A DNA stretch of 24,000 nucleotides from the NCBI GenBank assembly GCA_018304585.1, contig JAGVVY010000020.1, forward strand, positions 1 through 24,000. Direction: 5' to 3'. The stretch comes from Candidatus Aenigmatarchaeota archaeon. GTDB lineage: Archaea; Aenigmatarchaeota; Aenigmatarchaeia; GW2011-AR5. The notes beneath the pieces were generated by a model. That model was not told the origin of the DNA, did no database searches, and saw nothing but the letters and a program-made list of their open reading frames with translations. Shown here one piece after another: positions 8,638-16,838 of the stretch. The position numbers and the translations under genes are program-made. Every line of letters begins with the position of its first letter. The stretch's first letter is position 1.

Positions 8638-9855
8638 ATGGCGGAAGATCATACAAAAGGCTCAAGATACAGGCTGAGGAAGCTGCTGAAATTCCTGGGC
8701 TCCATCAGGGGGCGGCACACGGAAATGGTGACGGTTTATGTCCCCACAGGCTACAGCCTGCACGAAGTTTCCGCGCAGTTAAGGCAGGAGCAGGGCACTG
8801 CAGAGAATATCAAGTCCAAAGCCGTGAGGAAAAACGTGACGACTGCCCTTGACAAGATAATACGCCATATGCAGCTCTACAAGGCTACGCCGGAGAACGG
8901 CGTTGCATTCTTCTGCGGCAACGTTTCCGAGAAAGAAGGCGTCAACGACATAGAACTCTGGGCGATAGAGCCGCCGGACCCGATAAGGACCAAGATGTAC
9001 TGGTGCGACCAGACGTTCATTCTCGAGCCGTTGCAGGCGATGGTGGAGGAAAAGGAAGTCTACGGGCTCGTGGGCGTGGACAAGAGCGAAGCCGATATAG
9101 CGATGCTGAAAGGCAAGAAGATAGAGGTCATAAGCCATTTTGATTCCATCGTCCCGGGAAAGACGAAAGCGGGCGGCCAGAGCAGCGCAAGGTTTGCCCG
9201 CGTCCGCGAGGGCATGCTGAACGACTGGCTGAAGGAGATAGGCGACGCCGTCAACAGCACCTTTGAAGGGCACAAGGAGCTGAAAGGGATACTTCTTGGA
9301 GGGCCCGGCCCGATAAAGGAGATGTTTCTGAAAGAGGACTACCTCCACATGGACATAAAGAAGCTTGTGCTTGGAACCGTGGACACGTCCTATACCGGCG
9401 AGCACGGCCTGCATGAGATACTGGAGCGCGGGCAGGACCTGATAAAAGAGGCGTCTGTAGTCAGGGAAAAGAATTTGCTCGCCAAGTTTTTGGAGAATCT
9501 GCAGAAGCCGGAAGGCCTTGTCGCATACGGCTTTCGCGAAGTCGACAAATACCTGAAGATAGGAGCCGCTGACACGGTCATAGTTTCAGAAATGCTGACG
9601 CTAAAAGAAATAAAATACGAATGCCGGTGTGGGGAGAAGATACGCTTCGTGAAGGAGGAAGAAAAGAACGCCCGGATATGCGAGGTCTGCAAGTTCCCGA
9701 TGAAGATTCTTGGCGAAAAGGACATAATCGAATATTTTGAGGAAGAAACGAAGAACTACGGAGCCAAGCTTGAAGTAGTCTCCGGCGAAACAAAGGAAGG
9801 CGCCCAGTTCGAGGCGCTTGGCGGCGTGGGGGCGTTTTTGCGGTATAGAGTTTAA
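8638..9855 (+). CDS. prf1: Peptide chain release factor aRF1
   Basis: TAENIKSKAVRKNV (NIKS) and GKTKAGGQSSARFARVREG (GGQ). ORF begins 8629; ATG 8638 (MAEDHTKGSRYRLRK) is equally plausible. Overlaps or abuts valS. Confidence 0.95.
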   Translation: MAEDHTKGSRYRLRKLLKFLGSIRGRHTEMVTVYVPTGYSLHEVSAQLRQEQGTAENIKSKAVRKNVTTALDKIIRHMQLYKATPENGVAFFCGNVSEKEGVNDIELWAIEPPDPIRTKMYWCDQTFILEPLQAMVEEKEVYGLVGVDKSEADIAMLKGKKIEVISHFDSIVPGKTKAGGQSSARFARVREGMLNDWLKEIGDAVNSTFEGHKELKGILLGGPGPIKEMFLKEDYLHMDIKKLVLGTVDTSYTGEHGLHEILERGQDLIKEASVVREKNLLAKFLENLQKPEGLVAYGFREVDKYLKIGAADTVIVSEMLTLKEIKYECRCGEKIRFVKEEEKNARICEVCKFPMKILGEKDIIEYFEEETKNYGAKLEVVSGETKEGAQFEALGGVGAFLRYRV

Positions 9856-9885
9856 ATATTTTATTGGGATAAAAACTCTGAGAAT

Positions 9886-10305
9886 ATGGGATTTCTGCCT
9901 TGGAGGAAGAAATATCCTGGCAATGCACCGAAAAATCATGCAAATCCATGGAATGTTGATCTAACGCCCTATATTGAACGGCAGATCACAGTTTATCAAC
10001 ATGGCATAGTCAAGACAAATGATGGTCGTAAAGAAGTAAGGCATACAAGACAGTCCGGCTATCTATCCCAAATTTATCCCGATGGTTCATTATGGTTGGG
10101 AGCTACCCCTAAGGCGGGAAGTGGCGGCCGGAACATCAAGGCACATTTCAATGGATCCGGCGTGGATATGACAACCTACAAAATAACTGCAATGGATGAC
10201 CAAGGATTGGAAAGGACTTTATATGACAGCCGCCCAAACTTCAGTTATTCCAATATCACGGACAAAGATTCGTCGGCTCCTCCAAATAAAATTTCTATCG
10301 GGTAA
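9886..10305 (+). CDS. Hypothetical protein, 139 aa
   Basis: Intact ORF MGFLPWRKKYPGN... with AT-rich TATA-like TTTAAATATTTTA at about 9851-9863; no family recognised. Confidence 0.55.
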   Translation: MGFLPWRKKYPGNAPKNHANPWNVDLTPYIERQITVYQHGIVKTNDGRKEVRHTRQSGYLSQIYPDGSLWLGATPKAGSGGRNIKAHFNGSGVDMTTYKITAMDDQGLERTLYDSRPNFSYSNITDKDSSAPPNKISIG

Positions 10306-10423
10306 GAATTTCCAGCACGCGTCTACCGTTCTTTAGCTCCTGCAACCGCCAACCGAACGAAAGGGCAGGCAGCTTACGCTGGCATGATCTTTTCGCCAAC
10401 GAATCTACTGCCGGTTCCAAAGA

Positions 10424-10433
10424 CTTATATATC
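10424..10433 (+). promoter_or_regulatory. Probable TATA box (CTTATATATC) for the antitoxin-like ORF
   Basis: 21-30 nt upstream of ATG 10454. Confidence 0.45.
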
Positions 10434-10453
10434 TTGGGATTCCATAATCTATA

Positions 10454-10654
10454 ATGACTATGCAAAAACTCGCCGATGGAAGGCATGAAGCGAAATGGGT
10501 GACCATATCCACGGACGAATATGAGAGCATGCTTGCCACTATAGAAACGCTTTCCCACCCGCAAGCCATGAATAAGATAAGGAAGGGAGAAAAGGAAAGG
10601 CTAGAAGGAAAACTCAAAAGCCTTGAGCAGTTAAAGAATGAACTGAAAGATTAA
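10454..10654 (+). CDS. Small antitoxin-like protein (RelB/Phd-type N-terminal pattern)
   Basis: WVTISTDEYESMLATIETLSHPQAMNKIRKGEKERLEGKLKSLEQLKNELKD resembles the I(S)xxEYExLLETLExLSDPxxMxxIxxG pattern of small antitoxins; strong upstream TATA. Confidence 0.65.
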   Translation: MTMQKLADGRHEAKWVTISTDEYESMLATIETLSHPQAMNKIRKGEKERLEGKLKSLEQLKNELKD

Positions 10655-10914
10655 AAATCGTCTTTATGCCATATGGCTTCTATTTCTACCTGTTTATCCG
10701 TTTCGTTTATTACATAAACGATTCTCCACCGTTTCTCGAATCGCATCTCCCATTTCCCTGCCAGAGGACGCCTTAACGGCTTTCCGTATGCCCTTGGATC
10801 CTGTTTCAGCTTTTCCACTTTGTTGAAGAATCTTCTCTGCAATTCCTTGTTGAAAATTATCAAATCATCCTCTGCGGTTGGAGTCATTTTTATGGCATAA
10901 TTGTCATTATCCAT
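10651..10914 (-). CDS. RelE/ParE-family toxin-like protein
   Basis: FNKELQRRFFNKVEKLKQDPRAYGKPLRRPLAGKWEMRFEKRWRIVYVINETDKQVEIEAIWHKDDF matches the RelE-type layout (GKPLRxPLxGxWExRxxxxRIxY). Confidence 0.85.
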   Translation of the reverse strand: MDNDNYAIKMTPTAEDDLIIFNKELQRRFFNKVEKLKQDPRAYGKPLRRPLAGKWEMRFEKRWRIVYVINETDKQVEIEAIWHKDDF

Positions 10915-11144
10915 TGTGTTCTTAGGATGCGGGCAGTATTTAAGTTTAACTTGTAGTATTCAAAATCTATAAGCGAAACATGAACGCTCACCCCCAAAAA
11001 ATCCCCGTATTGCCCCTCCGCTATTATGTTCTCCTGCAGCGACGGGCTCTTCTTGGCGCAGTCATCAGTAATGGCATGCTTGACTTTGAAATTGACGATG
11101 CCATTCGGTATCGTAAAAAGGGATTAATTGATGCCGCATAATTA

Positions 11145-11604
11145 ATGCGGGCTTCCGTCCGACAAAGCCGACAAAATAAAGCCTTCCGCGACCCTTGCCC
11201 TGAACGCCATGGCCAGGGAACTTGCCAAATCCGACAAAGACGTCATCAATCTTGCCGTCGGAGAGCCGGACTTTCCAACGCCTGAGAATATACGACTTGC
11301 GGCCATCTGTGCCATAAACGAGGGCTTTACAAAATACACTCCTGCCGAAGGATGCCCGAACTTCCTGAAGCCATAGCGCAGAAGCTTGTGAAGGATAATG
11401 TCCTGAGATACCGCGCTGATGAGATAATAGTTTCCAACGGCACGAAACACTCTAAATTAGTCGCGTTGCAGGCGGAACTCCTGTTTTTGCCGAAACTTTC
11501 GATCTTGACCCGGAAAGCATAGAAAAATCGGTGAGCAAAAACAAAAGCCGTAATAATAAACACGCCTAACAATCCGACAGGCGCGGTATTCCAAAGAAAA
11601 AACG
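11145..11604 (+). pseudogene. Degraded N-terminal part of aspartate aminotransferase (class I/II PLP aminotransferase)
   Basis: ADKIKPSATLALNAMARELAKSDKDVINLAVGEPDFPTPENIRLAAICAINEGFTKYTPAEG / LPEAIAQKLVKDNVLRYRADEIIVSNGTKHSKL / GGTPVFAETFDLDPESIEKSVSKNK / AVIINTPNNPTGAVF occur in order but in different frames, with an internal deletion and no C-terminal half. Confidence 0.88.
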
Positions 11605-11605
11605 G

Positions 11606-12373
11606 TTAGATTCTGACAGGAAGCCGGAAAAGCTTCGCCGCATTCTTTGCGCATGCCCTGCCGACTTCCGTAATATCCATGCCTTTTATTTCCGCTATCT
11701 CGGCCGCCGGGATTTTGATGTTCGTAGGCTCGCCCAAGAGCCTGCCGCTTTCGTCTTTTCCGCCAAACCATGGCGAATCCGTTTCCAGCATGAGATTTTC
11801 CATAGGAATATCACGGATGACTCTCTTATGGCTTTTTGAACGTGCTGAAACAGGGCCTACAGAAACCAGCCATCCGCGGTCTTTTATCGCGCTTGCAAAT
11901 CTGTTCTCGCCCCACATATGAAGCTGCACGCGCTCTGCGTTATGTTTTTCAAGTATCTGCATTGCATCCGCATGCGCGTCGCGGGTGTGGACTATGAGTA
12001 CTTTATCTAATTCCTTCGCGAACTCTATGGATTTCGCAAAAAGCTCCTTCTGCTTCTCCTGCCAGTAAGGCTCCTTTATCCAGAAATAATCAAGCCCTTG
12101 TTCGCCCACGCCCACTATATCTTTTTCATGCTCCCGTATCCATGCGAATGCCTTGTCTATGTCGCTTTGCGCCAAATCCTTGACATATTCCGGATGGACG
12201 CCGGCCCCCATAAACATGAATCCCTTGTGCTTGCGCGAAAGCTCAAGGCCTCTTTGGAAGTCCTTTGGGTGCGTGGAAGGGCTTACAACCGCTTTCATTC
12301 CTGCATCTTTGCATCTTGCTATGACATCGTCAGCATTCTTCATGAGTTCAAGATGGCAATGCGAGTCTATCAT
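11606..12373 (-). CDS. TatD-family metal-dependent hydrolase
   Basis: MIDSHCHLELM, GVHPEYV, VGVGEQGLDY, LIVHTRDAHADAM, LMLETDSPWFGG. Confidence 0.92.
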   Translation of the reverse strand: MIDSHCHLELMKNADDVIARCKDAGMKAVVSPSTHPKDFQRGLELSRKHKGFMFMGAGVHPEYVKDLAQSDIDKAFAWIREHEKDIVGVGEQGLDYFWIKEPYWQEKQKELFAKSIEFAKELDKVLIVHTRDAHADAMQILEKHNAERVQLHMWGENRFASAIKDRGWLVSVGPVSARSKSHKRVIRDIPMENLMLETDSPWFGGKDESGRLLGEPTNIKIPAAEIAEIKGMDITEVGRACAKNAAKLFRLPVRI

Positions 12374-12444
12374 GCTATCACATACAAAGAGATATTTTAA
12401 TGATGTTGCATTGCCCTTAAAATAACGTTAAGACGGGAATAGAA

Positions 12445-12825
12445 TTACTTCGCCCTGACAAAAACGGCATTGACCGCGCCGTCCTGACTCGGCCTGCTTG
12501 TGATTTTTATGAGGCCGATGTCCGAGTCAACTATCGCGCCCTTGCTGAGTATGTTTCTTCTTGAGAACTGCATGTTGGCAACGTTGTCTTTGACCGTGAT
12601 TATCTTCGCCTTGACGCACTTTCCGTCCTTCATGACATTGGCGCAATCGGAGGAATAGAGAACATTCTTGGAATGCCCGCCGCGGGTGCGTATCTGCACG
12701 GCCTTGACTTTTCCAAGCGTGGCGGGATAGAAATCCCTGCCGGCATCCATCCTTCTCTTCTTGCCGTGGCTCTGGATGAGCTTGCCCGAAGGGCCTCTCT
12801 TGGATCTTAGTCTCCACTGCGTCAT
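12445..12825 (-). CDS. rps8e: 30S ribosomal protein S8e
   Basis: RGPSGKLIQSHGKKRRMDAGRDFYPATLGKVKAVQIRTRGGHSKNVLYSSDCANV... matches archaeal S8e. Confidence 0.9.
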   Translation of the reverse strand: MTQWRLRSKRGPSGKLIQSHGKKRRMDAGRDFYPATLGKVKAVQIRTRGGHSKNVLYSSDCANVMKDGKCVKAKIITVKDNVANMQFSRRNILSKGAIVDSDIGLIKITSRPSQDGAVNAVFVRAK

Positions 12826-12909
12826 ATTATCTTAAGTTCATAGCCAAATTATCTATTTAAACGTATCTGCAAATACAAGTCTTATTCCAAGTTTTGGAGG
12901 TTTTGAAAT

Positions 12910-13134
12910 ATGGAGAGACCAATAGACGTTCTAAACAACGCAAAAGGAAAAAGAGTTCTTATAAAACTCAAAAACGGCACCGAGATTTCAGGCCAGTTGC
13001 AGGCAATGGACCTGCACCTGAACATGTGGCTTGAGAGCGCGGACCAGACTTTCAACGACAAGACGACGAAGCTGGGAACGGTGCTTGTCAGGGGAGACAA
13101 TATACTCTACGTGTCGCCTGAAAAGAGTGAGTAA
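12910..13134 (+). CDS. Archaeal Sm-like protein (Lsm/SmAP)
   Basis: MERPIDVLNNAKGKRVLIKLKNGTEISGQLQAMDLHLNMWLESA...LGTVLVRGDNILYVSP with Sm1/Sm2 motifs. Confidence 0.95.
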   Translation: MERPIDVLNNAKGKRVLIKLKNGTEISGQLQAMDLHLNMWLESADQTFNDKTTKLGTVLVRGDNILYVSPEKSE

Positions 13135-13136
13135 AG

Positions 13137-13382
13137 ATGGCAAAAGGAACACCCAGCTTTGGAAAGCACCAGACAATTTCGCACATAAACTGCAAGAGAT
13201 GCGGTCGCCATAGTTACCACATCAAGATGCAGAAGTGCTCGGCCTGCGGCTATCCAAGGGCAAAGATACGCCAGGAAGCTTGGAGAAGAAAGCTTACCAA
13301 CAGAAGCGCGAGGAAAGCCGTCAAAGTACTTCACATGAAGCAAAAGACGACCCGCCGCGGAAGGCCGGGAAGTTACCGCTGA
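13137..13382 (+). CDS. rpl37e: 50S ribosomal protein L37e
   Basis: MAKGTPSFGKHQTISHINCKRCGRHSYHIKMQKCSACGYPRAKIRQEAW with two zinc CxxC motifs; the C-terminus is longer than typical. Confidence 0.92.
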   Translation: MAKGTPSFGKHQTISHINCKRCGRHSYHIKMQKCSACGYPRAKIRQEAWRRKLTNRSARKAVKVLHMKQKTTRRGRPGSYR

Positions 13383-13426
13383 TTCTCGCATGCGTTTTTA
13401 TTTTTATCTTTCTAATCTTTGCTATC

Positions 13427-13553
13427 GGGCCTGTAGCTCAGCCTGGCAGAGCGTGAGAACAACACGCACAGAGAGCACCTGCCTCTTAATTCGGAAGGCG
13501 ATGCCTCCAAAGAGGTCAGCAGGGAGTCGCGAGTTCAAATCTCGTCGGGCCCA
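13427..13553 (+). tRNA. tRNA-Lys(CUU) with two introns (~24 nt at the D-arm/anticodon-stem junction and ~29 nt at 37/38)
   Basis: Acceptor GGGCCUG/CGGGCCC, discriminator A; D arm GCUC/GAGC; anticodon stem CCUGC/GCAGG with loop CUCUUA+A; T arm GCGAG-UUCAAAU-CUCGU. Removing 24+29 nt yields a 74-nt cloverleaf. Exact splice sites inferred. Confidence 0.88.
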
Positions 13554-13674
13554 TCTGAGATTGATACCTTTAGACATCAACTGTTAGATAAAAATAGCAT
13601 ATGACACATAAAAATACAGAGTCCATTGTTCTTAATGCATTTTTGACAGCAGCCCTGCCGGATACTGCAATTTT

Positions 13675-13914
13675 GTGACGCAGACTCAGGCATCCACGGA
13701 AGTGGCCGACAACATAGCAATCGGCACGAACTCCGTGGACACCGGAACGACCGCCATGGGTCTCGACATTGGCGTTCCGTTCATTAATACCGTGACTTGC
13801 ACGGTGATTGCGGATTCCGGCCAAAGGAATTTGCTTATCCAGTTCAATTCGGAAACGTCCGATACGGTCACGACGTATGGAGGATCGTATTACACCAAGG
13901 CCGTCAACGAATAA
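13675..13914 (+). CDS. Hypothetical secreted/repeat-like protein or fragment
   Basis: ORF with Thr/Ser/Gly-rich beta-type composition (GTNSVDTGTTAMGLDIGVPFINTVTCTVIADSGQ...). Only a GTG start; upstream frame closed. No family recognised. Confidence 0.35.
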   Translation: MTQTQASTEVADNIAIGTNSVDTGTTAMGLDIGVPFINTVTCTVIADSGQRNLLIQFNSETSDTVTTYGGSYYTKAVNE

Positions 13915-13929
13915 CGAGATGAAGCGGGG

Positions 13930-14457
13930 TTGTATAAAATCAATTCACTCAATTCTATTTTGACTGCGCTATTCTTATTGGCGGTCTTGCCAACGGGTGC
14001 ATATGCGGAAACGACGTTCTTTGATAATGCAGGCGATGCTTTTATTATGGGCAGTTCTCCAGCAGGCGAAGTAATAGGAGGAATAACTGATGGAACGGCA
14101 GGCGGAGGAGGTTGTTTATATGAATGGAACTGCACGGGCTGGAGTGAATGTCTTTCGTCTGGGAAACAGACAAGAAACTGCATCAATATCGGCAGTTGCC
14201 CTGACATATATAAATCCCCGGAAATAAACCAAAGTTGCACCTACACTCCTCCCGAAATCGTCGAGAAAGAAGATAAATGGCCGAAAAACAAAACCGAAAA
14301 CGCAAACGGAAAGGAAATCATGGATAACAATCATATATTCCTTTATTTTATGGCAGCCACCATAATTGGCTTCGTTGCACTCTATTTAAAAATAAAATTA
14401 AGCGATGTTTATGCGAAAGACGCTACAAAGCTTAAAAAGAAGCGCCTTTATGCATAA
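13930..14457 (+). CDS. Secreted/membrane-anchored protein with signal peptide, thrombospondin type-1-like Cys/Trp motif and C-terminal TM helix
   Basis: N-terminal hydrophobic signal ILTALFLLAVLPTGAYA; CLYEWNCTGWSECLSSGKQTRNCINIGSCPD; TM FLYFMAATIIGFVALYLKI followed by basic tail. Confidence 0.75.
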   Translation: MYKINSLNSILTALFLLAVLPTGAYAETTFFDNAGDAFIMGSSPAGEVIGGITDGTAGGGGCLYEWNCTGWSECLSSGKQTRNCINIGSCPDIYKSPEINQSCTYTPPEIVEKEDKWPKNKTENANGKEIMDNNHIFLYFMAATIIGFVALYLKIKLSDVYAKDATKLKKKRLYA

Positions 14458-14463
14458 AACAAC

Positions 14464-16350
14464 TCATCTTACTTTCTCCCCGTCATTGACTTTCCGCACA
14501 GGCGAGAGTATCGCGGCCTCGTCGCCTGCCGCAAGTATCATGCCTTGGGATTCGACGCCGCGGATCGTCGCAGGCTCAAGGTTGGTTATGACAGTGACTT
14601 GCCTGCCTTTCAGCTCCTCGGGTTCGTAGAATTTTCTTATGCCTGAAACTATCTGGCGCTTTTCGCTGCCAAGGTTAACGGTAAGTATGTACAGCTTGTC
14701 TGCATTCGGATGCGCTTTCACGTCCTCAATCGTGCCGACCGTCAGCTCAATCTTTTGGAATTCCTTCACCGGTATCATGCCGTTTTTCACCTCTATGGTT
14801 TCTTTTGCATCGCCCTGCTTTATTTCTTTCGCCGCTTCTTTCTTTTCAGGCGCGTATTCCAGGTTCACAAACAACTTCTCTGCCTTTATTTTTGCGCCCT
14901 TCTTCAGGCTGTCTTTGCCCACGTCCGTTATGTCGTGTTTTGCGCCCAGAGCTTGAAGCGCCCTGCCGGCCGCATAAGGCACGAAGGGCTGCAGAAGTAT
15001 GCATGCGTCCTTGAGGCGATTGGCGGCAAAGAACATGGTCTCTCCGCTTTCAGCGGCATTTTCCCACGGCTTCTTGTGCTGGAAGTATCTGTTAAGCTCG
15101 GTACACAGGGACATTATCGCCTCAAGCGATTCGTTGAAGCGGAAGTCCTTCATGTATCTTGCGACATCTTCCGCCTTTTCGGAAAAGAGCTTCTCCAGAG
15201 CCCGCTCATCCTTGCCTTTTTTGCCCATGGGCAGGCGGCCGCCGAAGTTCTTCTCCATGAACGACGTCACCCTGTAGAAAAGATTCGAGAAATTCGAGAC
15301 AAGCTCGGAATTGACGCGCTCAACCATCGCCTTCTCGGAGAAATCGCCGTCATCAAACGGCGGTATTTCCCTGAGCATGAAGTATCTTAGGGTGTCAGCA
15401 CCGTATTTTTCAGCAAGCATAAACGGATCAACTACGTTGCCCAAACTCTTGCTCATCTTCTGGCCGTTGACGGTTATGTAGCCGTGGACGAACAGCGACT
15501 TGGGCAGCGCGAGCCGTGCCGAAAGCAGCATCGCCGGCCAGTAAACGGCGTGGAATCTTATTATTCCCTTTCCTATGACATGCACGTCCGCCGGCCACCA
15601 TTTGTCGTAGCTCTTCGCATCCTTTCCGTAGCCGACAGCGGTCTGGTAAACGTTCAGGGCGTCAAACCACACGTACATGATCTGCGAAGCGTCGCCGGGC
15701 ACCGGCACGCCCCAGCCTTTGGCTCTCTTCACAGAGCGGGAAACGCTGAAGTCTTCAAGCCCTGAACGGATAAAGCTCATCACCTCGTTCTTCCTTGATT
15801 CGGGCGCTACTCTGAGCTCTCCGCTCCCTATCAGCTTTTCCAGCTTCTTCTGGTATTTTGAAAGCCTGAAAAAATAATTCTCTTCCTCAACGGTCTCGGG
15901 CTCCTTCTTGTGCTCCGGGCACAACCCCTTTTCAAGCTCGCTTTCCGCATAGAAGGCTTCGCATCCGACGCAGTAAAGGCCCTTGTATTTCTTCTTGTAT
16001 ATGTCGCCTGCCTTCTCGCACAGGCGCCACATCTCCTGCACGCCCTTGAAATGCTCTTCCGGCACCGAAGAACGCAGGAACTTGTTGTACGAAAGGCCTA
16101 TCTTGTCCATGAATTGCCTGAACTTTTCCGCGTTCCGTTCGCAGAGCTGCGCAGGCGTTATCCCCTCCTTTTCGGCGGCCTGAACGTTTTTGAGGCTGTT
16201 TTCGTCCGAGCCTGTGGCAAGAAAAACCTTGTCGTCGTTAAGCCCGTGCCATCGGGCTATTGCGTCGGTCTGTATGAATTCCAGCGCATGCCCTATGTGC
16301 GGCGCCGCGTTCACGTACGGTATTGCCGTGGTTATGTAGAATTTTTTCAT
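14464..16350 (-). CDS. metG: Methionyl-tRNA synthetase with C-terminal tRNA-binding (EMAPII/Trbp111-like) domain
   Basis: ITTAIPYVNAAPHIGHALEFIQTDAIAR, single Cys cluster CVGCEAF...CPEHKK, YITVNGQKMSKSLGNVV, C-terminal KIELTVGTIEDVKAHPNADKLYILTVNLG...RQIVSGI. Start trimmed to ATG 16350. Confidence 0.95.
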   Translation of the reverse strand: MKKFYITTAIPYVNAAPHIGHALEFIQTDAIARWHGLNDDKVFLATGSDENSLKNVQAAEKEGITPAQLCERNAEKFRQFMDKIGLSYNKFLRSSVPEEHFKGVQEMWRLCEKAGDIYKKKYKGLYCVGCEAFYAESELEKGLCPEHKKEPETVEEENYFFRLSKYQKKLEKLIGSGELRVAPESRKNEVMSFIRSGLEDFSVSRSVKRAKGWGVPVPGDASQIMYVWFDALNVYQTAVGYGKDAKSYDKWWPADVHVIGKGIIRFHAVYWPAMLLSARLALPKSLFVHGYITVNGQKMSKSLGNVVDPFMLAEKYGADTLRYFMLREIPPFDDGDFSEKAMVERVNSELVSNFSNLFYRVTSFMEKNFGGRLPMGKKGKDERALEKLFSEKAEDVARYMKDFRFNESLEAIMSLCTELNRYFQHKKPWENAAESGETMFFAANRLKDACILLQPFVPYAAGRALQALGAKHDITDVGKDSLKKGAKIKAEKLFVNLEYAPEKKEAAKEIKQGDAKETIEVKNGMIPVKEFQKIELTVGTIEDVKAHPNADKLYILTVNLGSEKRQIVSGIRKFYEPEELKGRQVTVITNLEPATIRGVESQGMILAAGDEAAILSPVRKVNDGEKVR

Positions 16351-16411
16351 GCATGTCACCCGTGAAGAATAGTTAACCGCCGAAGATTTAAAATACAAAG
16401 CTTATTCCCGC

Positions 16412-16753
16412 CTATATGATGGGTAATAGATATTGCCTATCTTCAGGATTCACACATTCCTCGTATTTATGAAACGGGTATTCCGACTGCATTCGCACGC
16501 TCCATTCGTGCAAATCCTCTCCAGGAACGCGGAGATTGGCAAAATCCACCGGTTTATAATTGCCCTGCATGGTAAGTTTGCCGTCCGGAAGGAGCACGAG
16601 GGATTTCCTGTCTGTTACATGACCGTAAAAAGCGTCAAAATTTCCGTTATATGCAGATACGCCGTCCACTTGCCTGCTCTGCAGCCACAAAACAAAAATT
16701 GCGTTTCCTAAGGCGGTGCACTCTCCTATTCCAAATATGGGATTGTAAGACAT
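16412..16753 (-). CDS. Hypothetical protein, 113 aa
   Basis: Intact minus ORF MSYNPIFGIGECTALGNAIFVLWLQ... between metG and trpS; no family recognised. Confidence 0.6.
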   Translation of the reverse strand: MSYNPIFGIGECTALGNAIFVLWLQSRQVDGVSAYNGNFDAFYGHVTDRKSLVLLPDGKLTMQGNYKPVDFANLRVPGEDLHEWSVRMQSEYPFHKYEECVNPEDRQYLLPII

Positions 16754-16838
16754 TGAATTTTACTGTTGCCTGTGTTTTTATTCATTTACGTTATTGATAT
16801 GTAAATCTGCATAAAATAATTACCAAAAAAATAAATTT

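Noticed and set aside
10295-10564. 89-aa minus ORF overlapping the antitoxin-like gene
   Set aside because: Overlaps the plus-strand ORF with a recognisable pattern and a good promoter; no recognisable family, though not formally excluded.
12527-12817. 96-aa minus ORF in another frame of the S8e gene
   Set aside because: Alternate frame of rps8e with low-complexity composition; no independent support.
13570-13824. 84-aa minus ORF
   Set aside because: Overlaps the plus ORF on the opposite strand and lacks a clear start signal; neither is strongly supported.
14710-16365. Several plus-strand ORFs (up to 226 aa)
   Set aside because: Antisense shadows of metG.
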